A stretch of DNA of 63,171 bases, filler included, from Basidiobolus ranarum (GCA_040143965.1; 14 parts of 14 records of this genome joined end to end with filler, not necessarily neighbours in it); one strand, 5' to 3'; counted from the first letter of the whole stretch, positions 1-13,614 are shown. Notes: a model not told the origin generated them from the sequence alone. Program-made: numbers and translations.

Positions 1-284
1 AAAGCCTAAAATATCTAAACAAAGGCATGCATATTAATTTATATTCCTACATTGGTAAGCCCAGTAATTTGCCATTCAAAAATTAGATTTTTGCAAAAAT
101 TGCTGGATATTGAATAATGCATGCCAAATTTGAGGAGCAACATTTCAACATGTATGAATACTCTCAAAATACTGTCAAGAAACTATGCAACACCATCAAA
201 ATCCCTGGCAGAATGCAAGCCACCAATATTGTGAGGGTTTTCTGATGGTTTTGCAACTTTGGAGGGTGGATATTTTTGTTAAGG
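1..284 (+). mobile_element. Right subterminal end of the CACTA/EnSpm-like family
   Basis: Reverse complement of 34473-34780 and 46309-46610 (e.g. GCAGAATGCAAGCCACCAATATTGTGA). Ends TTTTTGTTAAGG, a variant of the GTTAGGG terminus. Confidence 0.8.
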
Positions 285-332
285 CTTCCCCCTCCCAGCA
301 TAATAAGTATTATGTTTACACCAATCCCCACA

Positions 333-2400
333 ATGGAAGATATCATGCAAGCTCTTACTCTGCTTTAGCAAGAAAATCAAGAACTTTAGGCTTCTCTTGC
401 TCAAGTACAGAATCCAGCTCCACTCAACTATCCTGCAAATCCAACACCTGAACCCAAGATCTTCTTAGCAAAAAAGTTTGATTGAACTTGCCAAAACTAG
501 CATAGCTTTATCAACCAAGTAAAACTCATCATCCAGTTACTTCCAATCACTACCCCTCTGACCAAACAAAAGTAGGCCTAATTGTAACACTTTTATCAGG
601 AACAGCTCTATCTTGGTTTGCTCCTTTGATGGAAAGTCAATCTCCACTTCAATCAAATTTTGTTGCCTTTCTTGCTGTACTGGAAGCTATATTTGGATGG
701 GCAAATATGGAAAGAACTTCAGCCACCAATCTCTGTGAACTTGAATAAGGGTCAAAGCCTGCATTGACTTATGCTGCAGAATTACATCTTCTTGCCTGTG
801 ATCTTGTTTGGGGTGAATCTGCCCTGATCAACCAATTTCAATTTAGACTCCAAGAAAATATTAAGGATCTTTTATTCCCTATAGCTGACCTAGTACCTTG
901 ACTCATGCTAGCCATCAGGCAGTTAAATGCAACAACTGGTTGTTTGAAAGACAACAACAAAGAAATATGGCTCCTTGCTTCTCTCCTTCCTCATCTACTC
1001 TCAGACCTCCTTTCAATCAAACATATAATACAGCTCAAGCAGATGACCCAATGCAAATTGATGGAAGTCAATTCAGATAGCTTGGCCCTCAGGACAAATA
1101 TCAACACCTACAAGAAAATCTGTGCCTATATGGTGGAACTCCTGGACATGTAGCAAGAACCTGTCCAAGAGAGAATCCTGGTTTTAAGATCAACATTATG
1201 CAAGCAGAAGAGAACTCTTCCCAGCCATTGGAAAACTTCAATGCCCAGCTGCAATAATGGGCTTACAGTTGGGCTAACCATTTTCAAAATGTCTCTTCAC
1301 CAAATATTGTAATCTCTGCAGTCATACTAATCATTCAAGCTGCCCTTTGCACTCCTGCTACTAAATTCCCAGTCAATAAAAACAACTGCAATTCTTGATT
1401 CAGGTGCTTCCTCCTGCCTTATTGACTCTGCCTTTGTCAAATCCTACTCTATTCCAACAATCAATAAATCTAGCCCAGTCCTTGTTGAAGTAATCCATGG
1501 TAGGCTGCTATCATTGGGTGCTGTAACACATGAGACAACCTTTATGACACTCTTATCCACAGCTCAACAAGTGGAAATAGCCTTCAATATCATTTCTTCA
1601 CCTGACCACCCTGTCATCCTTGGTATCTCATGGCTCATGCAGCACAATGCAGTAGTTAACTGGAAGAAGATTATCATGTTCAAGCAAGCTCCACCTCCTA
1701 GTCCATGTTTGCCAACCTGCAAAGTATCAACTCATCATTGGGCCAAATCCTCAAAACATCTATGAAGCCAATATCCATTGACAGTGTTGCTGAATAGCTG
1801 AAACCAACAAAACCTATGGTTCATAAGCTCCCACCCAAATACTAAGCCTTTGCTGATATCTTTGACAAGTAGAAATCCAATATATTCCCAACTCACCACC
1901 CATATGAATGCCATATAGATCTACAAGAAGGTATATAACAACTATTTGGGCCTATCAATTGGCTAACCCCACCAGAACTCAACATTCTGAAAAAGTATAT
2001 TACAGAAAATCTGGAGAAAGGATTTATCCAACATTTGAAGTCTCCTGCAGGCTTGCCAATTGTATTTGTTAAGAAAAAGGATAGATCCCTCCATCTCTGT
2101 GTTGATTATCAAGGCCTAAATAGCTTTACACTCAAAAATTGGTATCCCTTGCCATTAATCAACTCACTCTTGGATCAGCTTGTTTCAGCCAGGGTATTTA
2201 CAAAGATTGATTTAAGAGGTTTTTACAATCTTAAAAGAATCAAACCAGGAGACCAATAGAAAATTGCCTTTCAGACTCACTATGGACACTTTGAATACAA
2301 TGTCATGCCATTTGGACTTATCAATGCTCCTGCAGTATTTCAACACCTGATGAATAAAATGTTCAGCAAGTATCTTGACCAGTTTGTGGTTATCTACCTT
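333..2400 (+). mobile_element. Degenerate Ty3/gypsy retrotransposon (gag, protease, 5' part of RT), truncated just before YxDD
   Basis: Gag LLSGTALSWF, DDPMQID and a degenerate knuckle LCLYGGTPGHVARTCP. Protease [67 protein letters not shown]. Multiple stops and frameshifts. Confidence 0.95.
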
Positions 2401-2969
2401 AATAGATAAAGGTATTAATTGGATTGCATTCACCAATTTTCACTATCTTCTAAGATCTTCTTGAAATCCCCTCATATTTTCACCAATTCTTTATAGGCAT
2501 GATTGTGCTACTGAAAACTTTTATGTCAGTATATATATTCCAAGTAAATTCCAATTGAGAATAGTTAGTAATATCTTAGGTGAATTGGGGATAATTAAAT
2601 ACTAAGCTCTATATGACCATACAGATGTTTATTTCAAAAACCCCTCACAAAGCTCTGAGTGTCAACTTTCCACTCAATGAGTTATTAAATGAAGGCCTTC
2701 AATTCCTCTAGTTTGCCAAGTTGCTTATGATAGCTCCCTAAATACTTTAACTGTTTCATGTATTGGAAAGGCACTTTTAAGAAGCAAAATGGTAGATAAC
2801 AGGTCAAATTGAACTTTCATTTCAGAAATAGTTTTGATTACAATGTCCTTTTGGCAGTGAACATTCATTTACTTTCATAGGAGGTACTGGTTGTCATATT
2901 TTCATTTTCTTTCCAGTATAGATGACATGAGCTCATCTATTAGTAATATATTGCAATTAAACAAGTAGG

Positions 2970-3315
2970 TGTTAAAGAATTCGCAAGCCTTTTGGAAGTA
3001 GTTAGGAGAATTAGAGGAATTGGTGGTTTTCACTTACTGCTATATTGAGTAGAAAGTTGACGTTGATAGTTTTGTCAAGATGCAAACAAACTAACATGTA
3101 GAATATGTTAAGGAAGGCCGCAGGAGCATGTGTGCAAAGTTTGGGGCTTCTAGCACAGGTTTGAAAAATACATATCTGAGAACTTCCAAGCTGGTTAAAA
3201 TATTCTCAGTAAAATCCAATTGAGAATAATGGATAATATTGTAGTAAATTATATGGTAGCTAAGTACTAAGCTACATATGAATATATAGGTGTTTAGGCA
3301 AAGCTAATTTCAACA
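2970..3315 (-). repeat. Copia LTR family A (3' LTR)
   Basis: Minus strand TGTTGAAATTAGC...TTTAACA, preceded by purine tract GTTGAGGGAGCA. Homologous to 12799-13137, 36632-36970, 55035-55382 and 56271-56618. Confidence 0.9.
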
Positions 3316-4440
3316 TGCTCCCTCAACTGAATAGTCAGATAAACTAATCCTAATAAAGGTCTAAATTTCTCAAATTTCTGTCTACCTGATGGTTTGGTTA
3401 ATATATCAGCAATCATGTCTTCTGTTCAACAATAGGTTAAGTCAATAAACATATTCTCTATAGTCTCTCTAATGAAATGAAGCTTAATAACTATATGTTT
3501 GCTTCTATTATGAAATGTGGAATTTTAGATACAACTTTGATTATCTTGAAATATTGTAGTTGGTGAATTTTGAGAATAACCCAAGCCTGTTAAGAGTTTT
3601 CTAAACCATATTGCTTCTTTTGTTGCTTCACAGGCAGCCATGTATTCAGCTTCTTTTGTTGAAGGTGCTATGGCAGATTGTTTCTTTGAATTCCAACAAA
3701 TAGCTCCATTACCACAAAGAAATAAGTATCCTAGTGTAGATCTCCTGTCTTCAATATGACTTCCCCAATTTGCATCGGAATATCCCATCAGGGCAAATTT
3801 TGATCCAGAATATGTGTATTTTAAGCACAGATCCATAGTATCTTTCAAATATATGAAAATCCACTTAACTGCTGTGATTTGATCAGATCCATAATTTTGA
3901 AGATATTGGCACATAACTTCCCCAAAATGTGCAATATCTCACCATGTTCCAACCATGATATACATCAAACTACCAACCATAGATTGATAAGGAAATATTT
4001 GGTTTTCATTTGAATCCAAAAACATCTGATTTGAACCATTTTTTGTCAAGTTAAGATTTTTCTCCATTGGCGTAGATACTGGATTGCATTCTTCCATTTA
4101 AGCTTCTTTAGTATATCTAGGATATACTTAGACTGGTTTAAAGTTATTGTATTGGTAGTTCTATCTATGTTAATTTGGAATCCAAGATAGTATGTCAGTT
4201 CACCAAGATCAGTCATTTTGAATTTGGCAGACAAGTTGGACTTGGTTTTCCCCAAAATCTTCAAGTCATTGGTTGCTATAATAAGGTCATCTATATATAA
4301 GGCTAATAAAACTGGGTGTGTCTTATCTGGCCTGATGTAGATACTATAGTCAGCATCACTCTTTTGGAGTTTGAGTGTTTCCAAAAAAGTATCTATCTTG
4401 CTATTCCAAGCTCTTGGAGATTGTTTTAAGCCAGAGAGTG
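3316..4440 (-). mobile_element. Degenerate Ty1/copia pol (RT C-terminal half and RNase H)
   Basis: LALYIDDLIIA, MTDLGELTYYLGFQI, GYSDANWG, STKEAEYMA, IFQDNQSCI, KHIVIK; frameshifted. Confidence 0.95.
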
Positions 4441-4540
4441 NNNNNNNNNNNNNNNNNNNNNNNNNNNNNNNNNNNNNNNNNNNNTTAATTAATTAANNNN
4501 NNNNNNNNNNNNNNNNNNNNNNNNNNNNNNNNNNNNNNNN
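4441..4540. other. Artificial contig-concatenation linker (N44-TTAATTAATTAA-N44); 13 copies starting at 4441, 8979, 13515, 18046, 22576, 27104, 31630, 36152, 40668, 45177, 49682, 54182, 58679
   Basis: Identical 100-bp spacer with stops in all six frames. The intervening contigs are 4440, 4438, 4436, 4431, 4430, 4428, 4426, 4422, 4416, 4409, 4405, 4400, 4397 and 4393 bp, i.e. size-sorted. Confidence 0.98.
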
Positions 4541-5508
4541 AGGAACCACTCCTAATCTCTTGGTCTTCAACTCAAACCAATAGGTACTCAATACCATTTC
4601 GATTGCAATCCTTTATGTATTCTCCCAAAAGTTAGGAATGTGGCAATAAAGTAATTTACTTATTTGATATTTATCTTTTGAGCTATTGCTATATGTGTGT
4701 GGAATTTCATTAGACCTTGAAATCTACTGCGTTCACAGTAGTCATTAATTTCTAAATTTTTTCAGTTCCTGGATTGCTTAGTAACATATATACTGAATAC
4801 ATTATTTCCTATCTTATAACTGCTATACGGCTCATCAAATTTGATACATTTGTAATTAGATCAAAGTTTGAAGTTTTACTATTTGTGTAGATTTCAATAA
4901 CGATAGGAATTTCATCTATAATGTAACGATTCATCTTAACGGTGTTCAGGCTAAGTATGAGGATGTGCTTCGTTAGTTTAAGTTACATATATCTCATGGT
5001 TAAGCATCGTCACTTGAGGTTCATGAATCACCGAATTAATAATTCAAAATTTAAGTTGATATAAATACAAAAGCAAATGACGAAAAATAAAGCGCGTACT
5101 AAATATCGCTTGCAAATGAAGTGTAGGAAGTATCTTTCTTTGATGATATATGTGTGAGATTGTGGATAATAGGGGCTTTGCTAGTTATTTCTGGCAATGG
5201 ATGGACAAGGTATATCATCAAAATGTCAAAAGACAGTAACTGTTGCATACCTCCAAAAAATAAATAAAATGAAGGGAATATTGTGCAATACACTTGAAGG
5301 GAAAGAGGGGAAATGAAACAAGAATTAGGGGAAACTATAACGAAACTAGGTGAACCAATAGTTGACTCCTTGGAAAGTATGAAAGCTTGTGATATTACAA
5401 TTAAGCACAAAATGAGATGATGAAAGGGTACTTGTGGTTATAATCGAAAGATGTAATTATTTTGGTTATTGCTTGTGTACGTGTATATGTAAGATAGCAA
5501 CGTTAAAC

Positions 5509-8082
5509 TCATTCTTCGTCAGAAGGAGAAACGATTTCCAGTTCAGGTTGGTCATCCATGAACACAGTTAACTTCTGTCTTTTGGTTTCTTCAAGTTTGG
5601 CTATAACTAAATCCGCTTCTAATATTTCCTTGTAACATTCCCACTTCTGTAGCTGCAAATAGGTCTCCTTCAAACGTTTACTCACCTCTGAAGCAGTTCC
5701 TATAGCTTTTTGTTGAGTTTGCCGCTGTAATGGCACCATTATAGACATTTGTTTTTGGAGTCGTCCGTCGGTTTCGACTGCCTCCTGGCAGTTAATGATA
5801 CGCTCACTTAAATCGTTGATTTTGTTCTAGATTGACGAATACAAAGAATTTCTTTTAGTTAAATCGATAAAATACAAGGTCACGAACTCCACTTACTTGA
5901 ACCAGTCTGCATCTGTCTCTATCACCTTCTTCAAAAGCAACCCGAGTATCCGGTGCCAGTGTAGCTCCGAATTTTGGACTTCTTGTGAGGGTTGAAACCT
6001 CATCCGCTCCTCTAGGCTTCAGTCCAACCGTTTTAAATGTGGCGGCATAATTGATTTTGGCCATCCAGTCCATCATCTCATGCTCAGAATGATACCTGAA
6101 TAGGTACTCTCGCCCTGTAGGTGTTACGAATCGAAAGACATTCGGATAGGTATTGTAGTCCTTGTCGATTAGACAAATACAATTTTCCGTAGCAATGATC
6201 GAGTGTGGTTTGGGTGTAGGGGCTAAATACTGCCGAGTTACCGGATGAAGTGGTGAGAATTTTGGATCCAATTTCAATTTGAAAAACACAAAGTAGAGTC
6301 ACTTACGGTAGGACCATTCTGTCCCTTGGGTGAGCGGTGCTTGGGATTCTTAAACCAAGATATATCCTGGAAGAATATCAACTGACTACCACTTAATACC
6401 ATCCACAACTCTTTCCAATTTCTTCTTGTGGTACGTTTACCACCCTCCATTAGATCACATTTACGGCTTACTAAGCCTTCTTTAGCGCACTTTAAGATCG
6501 AAAAATCCCCACCATTTTGATTTTGTGGGCCAGTGATCAAAAGACCAGACATAGGCCTGCCGGTGATTGTTCCTTGAAAATAGGTCTTGACTCCGGCTAC
6601 CTTCAGTTTAAAGGCGGTTCGCAGAAAAGCCTCTCTAATGACAGATTGAGAACCGCGATAACTATATTGACCCCGATCGGGTTCAAATAAACTAATCTTT
6701 GACGCTAACACTGCTGCAGCAAACTGACTGGACATCATCTGCATTACTTTATACGGATTATGTGGAGATCCTTGGTTTTTATCCCAAACCTTCTTGAACC
6801 ATGAAGTTTTCGCTGGTTTGGGTAGTTTCTTCTTCATATCATCAGCATAAAGGAATTGTGCCGAAGTTATATTGTCGTAAAGAATCTGAGAATAAGAGTT
6901 AGAGAGTTCCAACTTGAAAAGGCACGCAATTACGATTAAACTCCTAAACTTACAGCGAGAATCTCCGGTGCAATCACATCCCCTTGCTCAAGTGTGCGGG
7001 TTTGACGGATATATTGTTCCTTGGACATCTTTTGCTTTACATGTTTGTTATGGGCATCGGTATGTAGAAGCATTAATGAAAAAGCAATGGAATAAACCAC
7101 GTCTACATAAAGAAGAAAAAGAAAGTAAGCATAGACTCGTTCAATGTGAAACGCTAAAAAGAACTTACCTGGAGAAGGAAATAGATCCGCGTTACATTGG
7201 TGATATCTTTTGGCAAACGCGATCATTACTCTATCAATTTGTTGTGCTTCTTTTGGTAACTGATAGTCAGCTAGGAATTTTCTAGGAAAAGATGTTAGTA
7301 TAGTTTTTCAAAACAATTGAACTCTGCGCGTGTTTGGTTTCTTTGCATTCAACTTTCTACGGTGTATATTTACTTACCTCAAAGCCATATCGATTGCTTG
7401 TCCGACGAAATTCAATCCAGTCATATAACGTCGGAGGGGCTCATCTTGGGTATCGTCCTTTGGGATATGTGTACCACTAGCATGTCCCTTTTTTACTAAA
7501 CAACGCGTATCAGGAATACTGGATTCACTGGTAACGAGAGCCATTTCTTTGGACGAATCCGGCGTCGATGAAATGACTGACGAACGACTAGAAATTGAAT
7601 GAGAATCTGATAAAACTAAGATATGAAATATTAATGTTAGCGTAAGTAAATTTTCTTGGATTTAGATTTGATACCCATCAATACTTACTGCAACGAGACT
7701 CTACTACCGGGCTGTCTCCCGAAATTGACCTCAAAGAGTGATCGCCACTCAATACATCGATTTCTTCAATCATAACTGAAATAGTCACTTTGGAGGCCTT
7801 TCTATTCAACGCGTGATTAAATAGCTGACCAGCAGGAATTTGGGATGTCTGAGAAATCGTGGAGGTAGTGGAGGTCTGCGGTTGTTTATCAAGAACTGAT
7901 ATCATTTTCCCATCACCAAGCTCGATACAAACAGAGCTTTGGCTTTGGCTAAAGGTCCTGGTAAACGTGGTAATTGTAGTTGAAGTTTTACGAGTTAACC
8001 TAGTGTGGTCAAGTTCGGAGTGAGTACTTTTGGAGTAAGGTGGTGGTGCTTCAAATAAACGCTCTTTGTGTACTGTGGTCAT
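5509..8082 (-). CDS. Multi-exon Sec7-domain Arf guanine-nucleotide exchange factor with PH domain (Syt1-like)
   Basis: Sec7 motifs DMALRKFLADYQLPKEAQQIDRVMIAFAKRY (glutamic finger) and YSIAFSLMLLHTDAHN. PH motifs KEGLVSRK..RRNWKELWMVLSGSQLIFF and YPNVFRFV..EMMDWMAKINYAA. GT-AG introns, e.g. 7688-7616 and near 7370-7282, 6305-6232 and 5895-5828. Exon structure around 7460-7600 is unresolved. Confidence 0.9.
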
Positions 8083-10576
8083 CGATTAATTTCTAAGAAT
8101 AAAAGAATGGCTACTGTTGGCACTCTTAAAGCAAGTAAACGGGAAGGTTGAAACAAAATGCGTCTCGCTATATCCTGAAAGAAAGCCAAATTTCAAAGGA
8201 GTAAGAAGTATATTAATGATGGTCTTTGAGGAAGTGTGGACTTGAGGCCCTGGTAAAAGGACTGGTTACAGCCGCGATATCAAAGAACTTTCGTCAAAAG
8301 AAATTATAATTTTGAAGAGAGAGCTATGACTTGACGAGAGCGTTCGAAGTGTAAAAGACAAGCTACTCGAATTGAGAGTAGAAAAAGGGAATATGGAAAA
8401 GTAGGGGTCAGGGGATATGAGCTTAGGCAAGGCGAGGTGAGGTGAGGTGAAATGAAGTGTAAGAAATCGGGGCGGTCACCCAGAATGGCTTACAGAAAAA
8501 TACGGGAGATAACTAAAATCAAAAGTAAGTTGGAAGTTAGCTACTTCATCATAGGGTTGATCATGATTTTACTGGCCATGCACCTGCGTTTCCCTTGGTA
8601 CCAAAGTTACACCATATTTTGGTAATATCCCTTTAGCCAGTCACCATACATTCTGTCTAAATTGCTGTGTCCTAATTTTCCTCGATTCATTCCTTATTAA
8701 TTAAATCATCTTACCATTCTAGGGAATTCTAAAACCTTAATAGAATAATCAATAAAATATTGTGTGATTGAGAGCAGCTAGGGCTTTTGAACTACGTGAT
8801 TGTTTTGACTTCAAAACTAGCCTTCTGCCTGTATATTCTCGACACCAAATGAGTAATATAAAGCCACTTAGCTACAATACCAGTAGATGCATATGAGCAG
8901 GGTAAGACATAGCTCTCAATTAGCTATCTCCTTTTTTTTCAGATAAGACTTGCCTAGAAGTCACCAGCAGTTCTTATANNNNNNNNNNNNNNNNNNNNNN
9001 NNNNNNNNNNNNNNNNNNNNNNTTAATTAATTAANNNNNNNNNNNNNNNNNNNNNNNNNNNNNNNNNNNNNNNNNNNNTGTGCTACTCTTGACTTCATTC
9101 TATCTGGAACACTCCTAGGATTAGCTTAGTAGGGAACTTTACTTTGTCAGTAACTTGACCATAGCTTTAAATTTTGTATTCAACTTGGCTTATTTACTAA
9201 TTTTGTTTGATTAAATTGATAAAAACATATTACACCTTTGGGTGTTTTTCATCCCCCAAACCCAAGCTATATTGAGGTAGGATATGGTGGCAGCAGAAAT
9301 ACAGAGTCAGTGGAGCCCATTATGATCAAGCAAGAGCTCAGATGGATATGCAAATTGACATAAGTTCTATCTGTCAATTGAAGTAGATTGTAGCAACCTG
9401 CTTAGATTGAGAGACTTTGTGGTTGTAGTAACTCCTTTAGGGTGGTAACTTTATTAACGGATGGCTACATAATTTGATTCCATGCTTGGCATCAACTGCA
9501 AAAGTGGTTAGGAAAGAAAACATCTGGATAGATCCAATGATTTTGTTTGGTAGCATCACTGAGATGTAGGCCAAAGATGCATATCACCAAATATCATGGC
9601 TGTGTATGTCATGGTTAACCTGATATTAGCGATAGATAACACCAAATTAAGTAGGTGTTCTTGATAAACAATAAAGATGATTGAATCTTAATTCACGTAT
9701 GGTGATGATAATTGAATCTAGTCCAGTTCTTTACTGGCTAATACTCCAGAAATATGCTCCATCTTCTACAAGCTATATAATTACGGATTTCGATTTCAAT
9801 TTCGATTTTGATCAGAATAAATTGTTTCGTGTTATCGTCTACATGTATGTTATATTTGGATTTCCTGTTCATAAAAATAAAAATACCTGCTTTAGTACCC
9901 TGGATAAAATCACGAGCAGATCAGCATTTTAAGAATATCCTGATATAGTATATCTTGGATTAATTAAGCTTCTACAGCATGCTTCTTATCACTACTGCCA
10001 GAAGGAAGATCCAGCTATGGTTAGATAATGACTAGGGAAAGTGACGCTTCCGCAGTGGCGCTAGATAAAGGGATATTTGCTAATGAAACCAAGAATCCCA
10101 AAATAGAAGATGGAATGAACGGCCAGGGTAGATACCCGGGACCAATATTACAGTTTGAGTTCAAGATATAATCCGCCTGGGTTCACTGAGGCTACTCGAA
10201 TGTTGTGCCTGACCTGACTTGAGTCAAGATATAGCTAAAGCATCGATTGATGCTACCCCGGTCTTAAATAATAAATGAATCTGGATTAAAGCAGTATCCA
10301 AACTTAAAGCAGCATTCAGAATATTCAAACTAACCTAACTGTGGTGCCCAACTTCGCAAACTATCGAGTAAATTATGACTGGTCGGAAGGTTGCAGTGTT
10401 AATCACAGAGTCATGCTTCGTTTACTTATATTCGGATTTTCTTTGTATTAGTGCTTCGGCCATGATGATTATATTTGTAAAATTTCTAACCACTAGTGTT
10501 GAACACAAATCATCGTAATATATAACAATTTATTAATAACAGGTTAACATCTAAATTTTTTCTGAAGTTAGCAAGG

Positions 10577-11737
10577 TTATAATTGAGCCGGTTCAATCGA
10601 TTTCTCCGAAGCAACCCAGTCAAAATTACCCATCAGCTTGGTCAACCAAACATCACCTGGTTCCATGGCACCCTCTGGAGTAGCATCGTTGAAGAGAGTA
10701 CCACTAAGGAAGGTATGTGGAAAGCCAGGATCGAAGACATATGCTTTATCAATATCCTTAATTTCATCCTCCGTTAAGTATAAACCCAGGGCGGCAATGT
10801 TTCCTTTAAGATGCTCAATCTTTCTGCAGCCAATAATAGGGAAAACATAAGGTGTCTTCTGTCTTATGTAAGCGAGCGCCACACTAGTGATCTCAGTACC
10901 CTTTGCCTTGGCGACTTTTTCTAGAACTTTGGAGACGGCCCTATCATGGTCGTTAATGGGCTTGGATTTGCGGCCAGGATTACTCTTCTCACGCTCTTTG
11001 AAAGCTTCTTCAGTTTGGAAGCGGCCTTGACCCAAAGTACCGTAGGGTAAAAGTCCCATGCCTTCATCACGACACATAGGTACAATATCCCGTTCAAAGT
11101 CACGAATTGAGGCGTTCCAGAGACCCTGGTAGACAACAAATTGGCGTAGTCCATGATCACGGGCATACTGGTTAGCTTTCGAGACAACCCATGCAGGTGA
11201 GTCAGATATACCTAAATACAGGATCTTGCCAGCAACAACAAGGTCGTTGAGACTGTGCATAAGTTCAGGGATGGTAACGCTATAATCCCACCAGTGTAGG
11301 TAAAACAGGTCAATGTAGGTGGTTTGAAGTTTTCTGAGCGATTCCTCAAGAGAAATTCGTAACGATTTGGTACCATTACCACCATAGTTCGATTGGATCT
11401 TGTCTTTTTGATATCCTTTGTAGCTACTTGAGTATTTGGTTGCGAGCACGATTTGGTCACGATTTTGGCGCGAAGCCATCCATTCACCAAGCCAGGTCTC
11501 GGATTCCTCGTCCTGATACAAATTGGCTGTATCAATGAAGTTACCGCCTTGGCTGACAAAGTAGTCAAGTATTTCGAATGCGGTTTCCTTGCTACATTCA
11601 CCCATTCGCTGCTTCCAAGCTTCACCAAAACTCATTGCCCCCAGGCAAAGCGGGGACACTCTTACGGAAGCAGTTGGTGCCAGTTGACGATGACGATCAA
11701 GGAGTGATTTTGGTGGTGGATGGGTTGGAAAAGACAT
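10577..11737 (-). CDS. Aryl-alcohol dehydrogenase / norsolorinic-acid-reductase-like aldo-keto reductase (AKR9 type), intronless, 386 aa
   Basis: RVSPLCLGAMSFG, GGNFIDTANLY (catalytic D/Y), IVLATKY (K), YIDLFYLHWWD (H), LYLGISDSPAWVVSKAN, YQGLWNASIRDFERDI, YVFPIIG. (TA)n tract at 11778-11791 upstream. Confidence 0.95.
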   Translation of the reverse strand: MSFPTHPPPKSLLDRHRQLAPTASVRVSPLCLGAMSFGEAWKQRMGECSKETAFEILDYFVSQGGNFIDTANLYQDEESETWLGEWMASRQNRDQIVLATKYSSSYKGYQKDKIQSNYGGNGTKSLRISLEESLRKLQTTYIDLFYLHWWDYSVTIPELMHSLNDLVVAGKILYLGISDSPAWVVSKANQYARDHGLRQFVVYQGLWNASIRDFERDIVPMCRDEGMGLLPYGTLGQGRFQTEEAFKEREKSNPGRKSKPINDHDRAVSKVLEKVAKAKGTEITSVALAYIRQKTPYVFPIIGCRKIEHLKGNIAALGLYLTEDEIKDIDKAYVFDPGFPHTFLSGTLFNDATPEGAMEPGDVWLTKLMGNFDWVASEKSIEPAQL

Positions 11738-12798
11738 GATTGATAATTTGGCGTTGAGCTTATGCTGGCAGAGAGGTATATATATATATATGGGAATGAG
11801 TTAGAGGTACTCGGGACTCATCTGTCTTTACAAAGCCTCGTCATCATTCTTGAATCCGCAATTGGAGCAGTTGCACGTATTAGCCAGCAATTGGAGCTGT
11901 TGATATTCTTGAATCCACAACTTCACTTGCGTAAGATATGATTTTCTATTGATACGCGTCACCATGTGGAGCATGTTTGGTTTAAAAGAGAGTTAACTTG
12001 GATCATGTTCCAGGCGATCAATCTGGATATGCAATATGGAAGGTATATATAACACCCTCAGGCTGTTGAAAGATAATTTTCCCGAATATAGGGATACTGG
12101 CAAGATTTGCATCAGTTTGATCCCGATTATTGGACTGCCACAACTTTTCGGATTTTGCTAGTGAAATCAAAGAAACCGGTATTTTGAGTAAATACGGATT
12201 TTCTTCATCATGAGTTAGTGCTTAGGTGGCTACTAGATGCCTATCATTATATGTGTATTCTTATCTTCATAGGCTGGTCATAAGTGCTTGGTTAAGACCA
12301 AATGAGGAGTGTATATAACTTCCACGAAATTATATCAAATCTTACGTAACTGAAGCTCAGGTATCTAATTTGTTAAATGTGATGATGCCTATCTTAAGCA
12401 AAGACTGTATGGAAGTTTAAGCGTTTATCTGTAATAAGCCAATTCAAATATCTGTGATAAACCAATTCAAGTATCTGCATAACAGATGCCAAAACTGAGA
12501 TGGAAGTATATTTCAACATTGAACCAATAGAATTTTCAAACGGAAAAAAGTTAATCCGTCACTGAACACAAGAAACATGCAAGTCCAAAAACTTGGAAAT
12601 ATGTGAGCAAGGAAAGTGAATCTTAATGGAGCAGATCTGAAAGCCAGATGTTGAATTATACATGAGAATAGATTTTTACAACTGACATGTATGCTTTGTA
12701 TTTCAAAATCATCACTCAAAACTTGCATGAGTGGCAAAGACAGGACTTGCTAAAGGAGATTCATGAAAGATGAATTCAAAGCTGGAGCAATACCAAAT

Positions 12799-13137
12799 TG
12801 TTGAAGTATTTTGGGAGCCTGTTGGAAGTGGTTTGGAGAACTAGAGAAATGGGTGGTTTTCACTTATTGAGTTGAAAGTTGACATTTATAGTTTTGTTGA
12901 AATGTAAACAAACTAATGTGTAGAATGTGTTAAGGAAGGTCCCAGAAACATGTATGCAAAGCTCTGGGCCTCTAGCACAAGCTTGAAAATCTATGTATCT
13001 GAGACTTCTGAGTTGGTGTCAATATTCTAAGTAAATTCCTGATGAGAATAATGGGTTATATCTTAGTTCAATGTGGATTAACTAAATATTAAGCTATATA
13101 TGACTATATAGATATTTAGGCTATGCTTATTTCAACA
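12799..13137 (-). repeat. Solo LTR, family A
   Basis: TG...CA bounded copy of LTR-A. Flanks CAAAT (12794-12798) and TAAAT (13138-13142) match 4/5, consistent with a 5-bp TSD. Confidence 0.88.
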
Positions 13138-13614
13138 TAAATAACTTGCTCTACAAATCTAATTGCAGCAAGTAGCTGTCAACTAGCTAAAAAAAGATCC
13201 AATATCCAGGGGCCAGATAAACCTTAAATGATTTAATCAGCTTGGGAAAAATGAACTTACAGAGATGCTATTATTAATTCAACTGTGGGTAATCTGCTTA
13301 CTATTCAGGAAGTTTTTCCTTGGCTACCAAACTATACTAATAATTAAAACTAGGACTGGTGATAACCAGTATGGATATGAAGAATTTACCATGGATGTTG
13401 CTGGAGGAAAGAAGGGAAAGACAGCCAGAAGTATGCTTGTGATGACAAAAGCAATCATAAATACTTCATTTGCTCTAAACATTCTTCTAGGGTGGTGAGG
13501 TAGATGACGCCGAGNNNNNNNNNNNNNNNNNNNNNNNNNNNNNNNNNNNNNNNNNNNNTTAATTAATTAANNNNNNNNNNNNNNNNNNNNNNNNNNNNNN
13601 NNNNNNNNNNNNNN

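Noticed and set aside
4441..4540. Regularly spaced palindromic TTAATTAATTAA every 4.5 kb or so, as a biological repeat or array
   Set aside because: It sits within N runs and the segments are size-sorted, so it is an assembly linker. Neighbourhood across linkers has no meaning.
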